DNA of 17,041 nucleotides from a virus (Duplodnaviria; Heunggongvirae; Uroviricota; Caudoviricetes): IMG/VR virus record IMGVR_UViG_643348547_000011; one strand, 5' to 3'. Shown piece by piece: positions 10,342 to 17,041 of this stretch (position 1 is its first letter; each line of letters starts with the position of its first letter). The notes under the pieces were generated by a model. It saw only the letters and a program-made list of their open reading frames with translations, ran no database searches and was not told where the DNA came from. The position numbers and the translations under genes were made by a program.

Positions 10342-11666
10342 TGCACTGGCACCTTCAGAGGGATCACCGGCACAAAGCCGGGATGCGTAATGGCATTACG
10401 CCGGATAATGTCCACGTCACGCGCCGCGTTATCAAACCAGGTCGCCGCCAGCACCAGCGCGGGTAAAACCTCATCCGGCGTGCGCTGAATGATCCGTGCA
10501 GACTGTTCAAGGCGCGTGTTGATATCCGCATTCAGATCTGCTTTCACCCGGCGCAGCGCCAGAAACAGCGCATCACTGGTTGTACGGGACAACTCCTTAT
10601 CAATTGCCGTATTCAGTGTGTCGCGAATGTCAGTCAGTTCTTCCCACGTCGGCAGGTCAACCGTGCTTTTCACCGCCGGAGCATTGTTCAGTGCCGGATG
10701 CGTGACGGAAGGCCAGCCAGTGCTCTGCGCGGGTGTTGTTGCCTGCCCCACTGCGGCATTCTGCATCACCGCGGAAGTTGTTGGCGCAGGCAATCGGGTG
10801 ACGGCATACGCCGCTTCGCTGATTGCGGTCGTACGAAGGATGCTGGCAACCACGTTACGCTGCTGCGTCGCCGTGGCGGTGGTTTTACTGTCCGTTTTCC
10901 AGACACCGCGCGGTTGCAGATCGCTGCCGAGGCTGACACCGGAAAGCGTTTTGATCATGGTGACCAGGTCGCTGGCGTTACCATAAAGGCGTTTCCCGGT
11001 ACGCCACATTTTCTGCACCTGCTCAACGAAATTTTTGCCTGACGATGGCGGCGGCAGAAGTACCGAGATATCCCCCTGCAACAGCCTGGCGGCATCCGAT
11101 ACGGCAGAATCCACCACTTTCATCGCATCAGAAACATACCCCAGCATTGTGCCGGCATTACCGACGACGTCGTTCTGCACAAAATCCGCCACGCCATCGA
11201 TACTGAAACCACTGAAGCTGTCACTGATGCAGTCATCCAGTGCAGAGCAGGATGACATCAGCGTCTGCGCCGTCGCCGCACCTGAAGTGGGGTAAGAGAG
11301 TTCTCCCGCTTCGACAAACTTCAGGTCAAAGCGGACAATACGCCCTTCACTCTTCGATGTGCTGACCCGAACTTCCCCGTCAACACAGACTTTCAGCTCA
11401 CCGTAAGTCGGATGGACAAGCGTGCCGGGACCGGGTTTATTCAGCGCGTCAATCAGGCGATCGCGCTGGTCAAAGCAGTCATCTCCCACCACATAAGCTG
11501 TGATGGACGGGCGGAAAGTGATTTTCCCCAGGTCTTCGGTATAGGGTTTGTCGCGGTTCGGGTATTCGTGCGTTTCCACACGACGACCGGTTCCCGCACT
11601 TTCTTCTTCAACCTTAAACGGCACACCGCGAAATGACGCGTCCTGAAGTCTGTCTTTCCACGTCAT
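10338..11666 (-). CDS. DNA circulation protein-like tail protein (Mu gp43/N-like)
   Basis: ORF track 10338..11708; I place the start at ATG 11664-11666 (MTWKDRLQDASFRGVPFKVEEE...) because GGAG lies 5 nt upstream and the longer N-terminal extension would run through a terminator-like hairpin. The N-terminal ASFRGVPF motif fits Mu N-type proteins as I recall them. Confidence 0.7.
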   Translation of the reverse strand: MTWKDRLQDASFRGVPFKVEEESAGTGRRVETHEYPNRDKPYTEDLGKITFRPSITAYVVGDDCFDQRDRLIDALNKPGPGTLVHPTYGELKVCVDGEVRVSTSKSEGRIVRFDLKFVEAGELSYPTSGAATAQTLMSSCSALDDCISDSFSGFSIDGVADFVQNDVVGNAGTMLGYVSDAMKVVDSAVSDAARLLQGDISVLLPPPSSGKNFVEQVQKMWRTGKRLYGNASDLVTMIKTLSGVSLGSDLQPRGVWKTDSKTTATATQQRNVVASILRTTAISEAAYAVTRLPAPTTSAVMQNAAVGQATTPAQSTGWPSVTHPALNNAPAVKSTVDLPTWEELTDIRDTLNTAIDKELSRTTSDALFLALRRVKADLNADINTRLEQSARIIQRTPDEVLPALVLAATWFDNAARDVDIIRRNAITHPGFVPVIPLKVPVQ

Positions 11667-11681
11667 ATAAACTCCGTACAT

Positions 11682-11703
11682 AAAAAATCCCACCGGAGTG
11701 GGA
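11682..11703 (-). terminator. Intrinsic terminator-like hairpin between the tape-measure remnant and the gp43-like gene
   Basis: On the minus strand: TCCCAC-TCCG-GTGGGA followed by TTTTTT (A-run at 11682-11687 on the + strand); it lies in the 60-bp gap between the tape-measure stop (11727-11729) and the gp43-like start (11666). Confidence 0.45.
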
Positions 11704-11726
11704 CTCATTAACAGATTAATTTTTCA

Positions 11727-12555
11727 TTACCTGCCAAAGCGCGTATAGCCAACATCATGGCTGACATCAAAACCGCTGGATCGCGTTTCCATAACCCGCA
11801 TACCCGGAGGCGAATTCACAAAAGAGACCTTGATCTCACCATCAACTTTTGGCGCAGAAGCTTTGTTAATCATGAAGGGATTCGGGCCTGTGGCATCGGA
11901 GGCGTTGTTTGACTGAGCCGGATCTACCGCCGGATAAGGTGTGTATCCCCGTGCCGGTATTCCCGTCCCATAAGCATCATAAGCACCCGCCCCCCACTGC
12001 ACCGAGTTAATGGCATCGACCGTGTCACCGGAACTGTCGGTAAACCACTCAATAATTGGCTTCAGCTTGTCCCACATATCCTGAAACCACTTAACAACCG
12101 GCCCCCAGTTATTGATCACCATCCCCAGCGGCGACCAGGCAAAAACTTTCTTAAGGAGTTCCCAGCCAGTCTCAAAATAAGGACCAATGGTTTCCCAGAG
12201 TTTCTTAAAATAAGGTCCGACAACATCCCAGTTAGTGATAATTAATCCCGCAGCCAGGGCTATCGCCGTCGCAATCATGCCAATCGGCGTCATCGACATG
12301 AGCCTGCTGACAATACTGATGGCACTGCCAACGCCCATCAATCCCAGTTTCAGAATCGCAAGACCGGCAGCAAGCCCGACGACGCCGCGAATAACCCGGG
12401 GATTTTCATCCGCAAACTTCGTGAATTTTTCCCCCAACTCCCCCAGCCATTGCGTGATATTTTTGGCGTCACCAGAAAATGCGCCGCCAATAGCCGCAAG
12501 GCCGTTAGTTGCGGTCCCCGTCATTGCCTCCCACAGGTTGGACAGCGTACCAAGC
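11727..12555 (-). pseudogene. Tail tape measure protein, 3'-terminal fragment truncated by the IS629-like element
   Basis: The ORF track entry 11727..12740 is chimeric: codons upstream of 12556 lie inside the IS right end. The remaining ~275 codons (hydrophobic central stretch plus W-rich C-terminal region) look like a tape-measure C-terminus and sit directly upstream of the baseplate genes. Confidence 0.65.
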
Positions 12556-12580
12556 TGAACCGCCCCGGGTTTCCTGGAGA
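12556..12580. repeat. IS629-like terminal inverted repeat (orfB-proximal end)
   Basis: TGAACCGCCCCGGGTTTCCTGGAGA; matches the reverse complement of 13841-13865 at 23 of 25 positions. Confidence 0.8.
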
Positions 12581-12597
12581 GTGTTTTATCTGTGAAC

Positions 12598-13488
12598 TCA
12601 GGCTGCCAGATCATCGTTTCCGATGGAAGCATAATAAGCTTTTTCTGCTTCTGCCGGAGGAGTATGGCCCAGCCTTTCCAGCAATCGTCGATTGTTATAC
12701 CAGTCCACCCACGTGAGTGTGGCCAGTTCCACTTCTGCACGGTTTTTCCAGCTCTTACGGTGTATTACCTCCGCTTTGTAAAGACCATTGATGCTCTCCG
12801 CCATCGCGTTGTCATACGAGTCGCCTGTACTTCCTGTTGATGCCAGTAATCCGGCTTCCTTAAGCCGCTGTGTGTAGGCCAGCGATACATACTGAGAACC
12901 TTTATCACTGTGATGGACCGTGCCGGACGGTCGACGGGCCCATAACGCCTGCTCCAGTGCATCCAGCACGAATGTCGTTTCCATGGACGATGAGACCCGC
13001 CACCCCACGATGTATCCGGCAAACACATCAATGATGAACGCCACATAGACGAAGCCCCGCCATGTGCTGACGTAAGTAAAATCAGCCACCCACAGCTGGT
13101 CAGGTCGTTCTGCCACGAACTGACGGTTTACGCGGTCGCCTGCGGCAACGGCTTTCCGGCTGATGGTCGTACGGACCTTTTTACCCCGGAGAACACCGGC
13201 AAGTCCCATAACCGCCATGAGACGTGCCACAGTGCATCTGGCCACTCTGATACCTTCCCGTAACAACTGACGCCAGACTTTACGCACACCGTATACCTTG
13301 TGATTTTCATCGTATACGCGCTGTATCTCTTTCTTCAGCCAGTCATCGCGCTGCGCACGGGCACTGCGTTTATCCGGATGATGTCGCTGTTGCTGACAGT
13401 GGTAATACGTTGACGGGGCAATATGCAGTTCGCTGCATAGCGGTCCGACCCCGTACTGCTCACGCAGCTTATCCAGCAGTGGCATCAT
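12598..13488 (-). CDS. IS3-family transposase OrfB (DDE integrase core; normally made as an OrfAB frameshift fusion)
   Basis: 296-aa ORF in the -1 frame relative to orfA, overlapping it at the A-run 13485-13492. The integrase core carries the DDE signature region (WVADFTYV..., [17 protein letters not shown]). Confidence 0.9.
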   Translation of the reverse strand: MMPLLDKLREQYGVGPLCSELHIAPSTYYHCQQQRHHPDKRSARAQRDDWLKKEIQRVYDENHKVYGVRKVWRQLLREGIRVARCTVARLMAVMGLAGVLRGKKVRTTISRKAVAAGDRVNRQFVAERPDQLWVADFTYVSTWRGFVYVAFIIDVFAGYIVGWRVSSSMETTFVLDALEQALWARRPSGTVHHSDKGSQYVSLAYTQRLKEAGLLASTGSTGDSYDNAMAESINGLYKAEVIHRKSWKNRAEVELATLTWVDWYNNRRLLERLGHTPPAEAEKAYYASIGNDDLAA

Positions 13489-13811
13489 TTTTTCCAGAGG
13501 CGGTCGAACTCCGCCTTCGCAAAATAAGCGGAAGCCTGGCGAAGGATATCGTTACTGCGGCGCAGTTCACGATTTTCACGTTCCAGCTCTTTCAGACGCT
13601 GACGTTCAGCGGTGGTGAGCCCTCCATCACCGCCCCCGGTATCCCGCTCATGCTGGCGAACCCAGACACGCAGAGTCTCCGGCGTACAGCCAATCTTTGG
13701 AGCAATGGAACAAATTGTCGCCCATTGTGAGTCATATTCGCTCTGACTTTCCAGAACCATACGGACTGCCCGTTGACGGACTTCGGGGGAAAAACGAGTA
13801 TTTTTAGTCAT
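13485..13811 (-). CDS. IS3-family transposase OrfA (HTH/leucine-zipper)
   Basis: 108-aa [53 protein letters not shown]..., recognisable as IS629/IS3411-type OrfA; AGGTAAACAGG lies upstream of the ATG. Confidence 0.9.
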   Translation of the reverse strand: MTKNTRFSPEVRQRAVRMVLESQSEYDSQWATICSIAPKIGCTPETLRVWVRQHERDTGGGDGGLTTAERQRLKELERENRELRRSNDILRQASAYFAKAEFDRLWKK

Positions 13812-13840
13812 CCTGTTTACCTCTTTCTCAGGAAGTTTAG

Positions 13841-13865
13841 TCTCCAGGATTCCCGGGGCGGTTCA
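13841..13865. repeat. IS629-like terminal inverted repeat (orfA-proximal end)
   Basis: Reverse complement reads TGAACCGCCCCGGGAATCCTGGAGA. Confidence 0.8.
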
Positions 13866-15334
13866 ACCGTCAGTTCGCCGGTATTTTCCAGCACAACATA
13901 ATTAGCCTCCCCTCCGGTAATAGTGAAGTGAGAGAGCTTGTTGTATCCTTCAATATCAGTCCCTGCGCCCGTGTTGGCAACTAAAGCACTGCCCGTCTCC
14001 TGGTTAACCCCATGTGCAATACCGCCGGTATAGACAATCAGCGAGCCTCCGGCGCTAATATTGCTGCCAGTTGCCGTACCATCTTTCTCAACAACCTGCC
14101 GGCTCCCGGAGGAGATATTTGTCGTGTCAGCTTTCCCGCCGCTCTTGATATTTTGTGTTCCGCTGTTGATATTGGTTCCCGTGGCAATACCATGATTATT
14201 TATATTCTGTGTGCCACCATTAATTATGGTATTTGTCGCGTTTCCGGCGACATCCATAACCCCGCCATTATCTATTCGGGTCGCATCAGCTTTAGCATTC
14301 GTTAAAACTGACATTGTTCCTTTATCTTTAATTATCGTCCTGGTTGCCGAACCATATACGTCTAAATGACCACCGTTTTCCAGCAACACATTGTCTGCCA
14401 CGTTATTGTGGATGGAGAATGCCCCTTCACTATTCGTACCGCTCACCGTCAAATCGTAAGTCGTTACTTTTAAAGCGGCTCCATCGTGCTGAGTAACATT
14501 TGTTGCCATACCACCTCTAACATCAAGCACGCCACCGGAATAAATTTCAATAACATCCGAGGTGCTGGTGTAATCAACAATTTGCGTACCACCAGAATAG
14601 ATCTGCGTATTTTTTGCCGTTGAATTACTATTCAGAGACTGAGTTCCGCCTTCAATCGTAGTGTCCAGCGCACGGCTCTCATATACTCTTTGCTCACCGC
14701 CATTTTTGATGGTGGTTGTTTCTACTGTGCTCTGTTCAACATACTGTCGACCACCATTTATGGTTGTGTTCGTTGCCAGACTTCCTTGCGTGATGTCCTG
14801 AGAGCCAGACTTATTTATCGTTGTACTGTCGACATGCCCCTGAGTTGTTACTCGTTGGCTGCCACCATCAATGATTGTTCCATTCGCAGTCCCCCCACTT
14901 ATGTGTGAATTACCCCCCTTAATTGTCGTTCCATTGCTGATACCACCTGTATAAACGTCCTGATTGCCACTCTCGATTATTGTACCTGTGGAAATACCCC
15001 CGTCATGAATTGTCTGTCTGCCCCCGTTAATGGTTGTATTATTAGCCTGCCCCACATAATTGTTATGACGTCCTATATCTTGATATCCACCAGATTCAAT
15101 AAGACTTTCATTAGATATCCCACCATAAACATTCTGCTGGCCATGGTTGATAATATGAGTGTTATTTGTTGTACCTCGTTCATCTACTTTTTGGCTGCCA
15201 TCTACAGTCTCATCGTTTACCACACCAATAACATCAGGAGTGAAGGCCGCCATCCCGGGCGGGGCATATATCAAGGCAGATATCAATAAGGAAAGTACTG
15301 AGCGGCGACAATAATAGGGACTGGTCCTGTTCAT
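13866..15334 (-). pseudogene. AIDA-I/Ag43/TibA-type autotransporter adhesin, 5' fragment (signal peptide plus passenger repeats) with no beta-barrel domain
   Basis: ORF track 13817..15463; the likely start is ATG 15332-15334 (MNRTSPYYCRRSVLSLLISALIYAPPGMA, signal peptide) with AGAGG 9 nt upstream. Many ~19-residue imperfect repeats of the form T.I..GG.Q.V..GG.A.GT, typical of beta-helical passenger domains. The reading frame runs into the IS end at 13865 and only 16 IS-encoded codons follow, so the C-terminal translocator is absent. Confidence 0.65.
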
Positions 15335-15672
15335 AAATTTCATCCTCTGAAAAGTGAATACTGAGTAGCGTTTAAGCGACCTTAGCTTTGCTGCAACATC
15401 AGCCCACAGGCACCAGACCAGGGGATTCATCCTGAAGAGACAGCGCAAGTGTATTGTGTTCACCGCTCATCAAAGACATCATGATGAAATGATGATATTC
15501 CGCATAAGAATGAGGCATTTTTTAAACGCAGTGCGCTGAAGTGTGGTTGGATAAAAAAGTCAATCTATTCAGGAAACACGGGCGTATTCTTTTCTTTCGA
15601 CAATCAGGCAGTCGGCAAAATAAAATGATTTACATAATCGTTTCTGATGAATATCTTCTGCTCACATAAAAA

Positions 15673-15996
15673 TCACACAATAACTCTGAGATCGCAGATT
15701 GTTTTACTTTTACAGCTTCCGTCCCCCCATTGTTGGGCAAATATAGATTGGGCCAGAGCACGAAAGTTAATACCACGTTTGCACAGCTCCTCCAACAGCA
15801 CGACAAGATGCCACATACTGCGCCCCAGTCGGTTCAGTTTACAGACTAGCAGTGCGTCCCCTACCGATAATGTCCTGAGCCGTTTGTTCTGTCCGGGCCT
15901 GCTGCCACGGTTATGCGCTGCAGTGGTAACTCTAAGCACGCAGTTATTCAGTCAGGCGTGGTGCACCGTAACGCTGGTATTGCTGGGTAAGATCAA
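15673..15996 (-). pseudogene. pin: N-terminal (catalytic domain) remnant of a Pin/Gin/Hin-family serine DNA invertase
   Basis: Minus-strand translation ...SRPGQNKRLRTLSVGDALLVCKLNRLGRSMWHLVVLLEELCKRGINFRALAQSI... matches the serine-recombinase core (RPGL...L..GD.LVVWKLDRLGRSM.HL..LV.EL..RGINFRSL.DSI). There is an in-frame TGA near the N-terminus, homology is lost after ~residue 100, and there is no C-terminal HTH. Confidence 0.7.
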
Positions 15997-16012
15997 AAAA
16001 CTTTCAAGCAGC
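15988..16012. other. Degenerate Hin-family crossover-site remnant at the 5' end of the second invertase fragment
   Basis: Minus strand reads GCTGCTTGAAAG-TTTTTTGATCTTACC, which resembles hixL (TTCTTGAAAACCAAGGTTTTTGATAA) with about 5 central bp missing. Weak. Confidence 0.25.
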
Positions 16013-16408
16013 TAAGGAAAGTTGAACCAGACATTAGATGAAATATTTCAACCAATTACAGCACCAGTTCAGACACCGCAAACTCATCAAATAAATCAAG
16101 GGGTTACGTGAAAGCGCAGCCCCTTTTACTTTGGTAGTGACAGCAAAATGGATGCAGTGTGAAGAATAATCCCGTTTACTCAATCAATAATACATATTAT
16201 TTCAATCTACGTTATTATCTCTTTGTAAAAATCGCCATTTATTTACCATTGAAAACTGCTTTTAGAACTTTATACAAGGAGACTAGTCACAACAGGACTA
16301 TTCTCAACGGGCTCATCCTCAGAGGAACTATCATCAAAGTCATCATCCATAGATGAAATACCATCGAATAGTGCCACGCCCGTGATCATTTTTATTTTTT
16401 TATTACGA

Positions 16409-17041
16409 TCAGATAAGATCTCCATTTAAACCGTTTTCGCTCACAGGCTTTAATGATTTTTCATAACTCTCATTGTTAGCAGGCGTATTAAAAATACACG
16501 GAGTATCAACATCAAACAATGACGTCCCCCAGTTCACATATTTAATATCATAGTTACTGAAGTTCTGTCCAGAAAAGAAGCACCCCTTAAAGTCCAATCC
16601 ACCTAAATTGTATAAACCACCCTCTTCTTTTGGGAGAGTAATTTTAATTCTGGCTATCTCCCAGACAAAATTGCCATTTTTGTATTTGAATACCGTTTCA
16701 AGATCTCCTCCAGACAGTTTGACTTCTGGAAATAATTTGAAATTAAACCCTACATTATTATGTGTCAACGTAGATGAACAAAAGATGGAAAAAGCTTGCA
16801 GTGCTGAATTATAGCTATCGATTTTATCTTGAGGCTGCGCTCTTGGTAAAAGCTTATAGCAACACTCATAAAAATTAAGTAGAAACTCTGATGACCTTCC
16901 ATTTTTATCAAATAATACCCGCTGAAAATGCTGCACAAACTTATTCGTTTTTTCTTGAATATCTACGGTGTGTTCCTTTGACTCTGACAAAGATGGAGCC
17001 TGTTGAAGTGCATTGCTTATCTGGTTAAGGAACATCTGCAT
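16409..17041 (-). CDS. Pentapeptide-repeat protein of unknown function (AT-rich, likely horizontally acquired)
   Basis: 210-aa ORF starting at the ATG that forms the last 3 nt of the window. The C-terminal half has tandem pentapeptide units (NLGGL DFKGC FFSGQ NFSNY DIKYV NWGTS LFDVD). No family assignment for the N-terminal half. The start sits on the window edge, so an upstream extension cannot be excluded. Confidence 0.55.
   Translation of the reverse strand: MQMFLNQISNALQQAPSLSESKEHTVDIQEKTNKFVQHFQRVLFDKNGRSSEFLLNFYECCYKLLPRAQPQDKIDSYNSALQAFSIFCSSTLTHNNVGFNFKLFPEVKLSGGDLETVFKYKNGNFVWEIARIKITLPKEEGGLYNLGGLDFKGCFFSGQNFSNYDIKYVNWGTSLFDVDTPCIFNTPANNESYEKSLKPVSENGLNGDLI

Larger units (their letters stand above)
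12556..13865 (-). mobile_element. IS3-family insertion sequence, IS629-like (1310 bp)
   Basis: Ends begin TGAACCGCCCCGGG... at 12556 and (reverse complement) at 13865, forming imperfect ~25-bp terminal inverted repeats; two overlapping minus-strand ORFs (orfA/orfB). Length 1310 bp equals IS629. The flanks (..CAAGC | IS | ACCGT..) show no 3-4 bp direct repeat. Confidence 0.9.

Noticed and set aside
6477-11636. Multiple 60-165 aa antisense or alternate-frame ORFs within the baseplate genes (for example 6477..6875, 7322..7573, 8301..8759, 9832..10170, 10489..10986, 11412..11636)
   Set aside because: High-GC DNA yields long spurious ORFs; all overlap better-supported, translationally coupled structural genes.
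11667-11708. Longer start for the gp43-like gene (MSPTPVGFFMYGVYM...)
   Set aside because: The extension would be translated through the terminator-like hairpin; the internal ATG at 11666 has GGAG at the right spacing.
5320-12555. Calling the tail module a complete prophage or a tailocin
   Set aside because: No sheath, tube, head, lysis, integrase or regulator genes are present in the window and the tape-measure gene is truncated, so only a remnant tail/baseplate module can be supported.
11727-12740. 337-aa ORF read as one intact protein
   Set aside because: Its first ~61 codons are encoded by the IS629-like right end; it is a chimeric ORF created by the IS junction, and the real feature is a truncated tape-measure fragment.
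12235-13730. Plus-strand ORFs inside the tape-measure fragment and IS (12235..12558, 12450..12716, 12592..12840, 13410..13730) and minus-strand ORFs 12765..13046 and 13128..13310
   Set aside because: They are antisense or alternate frames within the IS transposase or tape-measure coding sequence.
15335-15463. N-terminal extension of the autotransporter ORF (MNTIHLRCLFRMNPLVW...)
   Set aside because: The signal-peptide-like sequence begins at the internal Met, which has an AGAGG ribosome-binding site; the extension has neither.
15647-16015. 122-aa plus-strand ORF
   Set aside because: It is antisense to the second invertase remnant, whose minus-strand frame shows clear serine-recombinase homology.
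16159-16356. 65-aa plus-strand ORF
   Set aside because: AT-rich, low-complexity (N/Y/I-rich) translation with no signals; probably noise.

Overview
This 17 kb window is a mosaic accessory region, most likely from E. coli or Shigella (an IS629-type IS3-family element, a Dcm/M.EcoRII-type methylase and e14/Mu-like tail genes point that way). Everything below comes from reading the translated ORFs and the DNA by eye and from remembered family signatures; no search or computation was run. Left to right: (1) an intact convergent EcoRII-family restriction-modification pair (1-2677); (2) a standalone GIY-YIG nuclease-domain protein with an unassigned C-terminal half (3080-3853), which is my top candidate for something undescribed; (3) the decayed C-terminal remnant of a Pin/Gin/Hin-type DNA invertase (3914-~4105); (4) a very AT-rich acyltransferase-3 membrane protein gene (4253-5278) sitting where an invertible tail-fibre segment would normally be; (5) a GC-rich minus-strand e14/Mu-like tail and baseplate module (tfa, side tail fibre with an internal Hin-family crossover site, DUF2313, baseplate J, gp46, gp45/V, gp44/D, gp43), ending in a tape-measure gene cut down to its 3' part; (6) a 1310 bp IS629-like element with no target-site duplication, which forms that cut; (7) the 5' passenger-domain fragment of an AIDA/Ag43-type autotransporter, truncated by the same IS; (8) the N-terminal remnant of a second Pin-like invertase with a degenerate crossover site; (9) an AT-rich pentapeptide-repeat protein gene (16409-17041). 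No rRNA, tRNA or CRISPR array was seen. Overall this reads as a decapitated prophage end whose cargo slot has been repeatedly re-used for defence and surface-modification genes.
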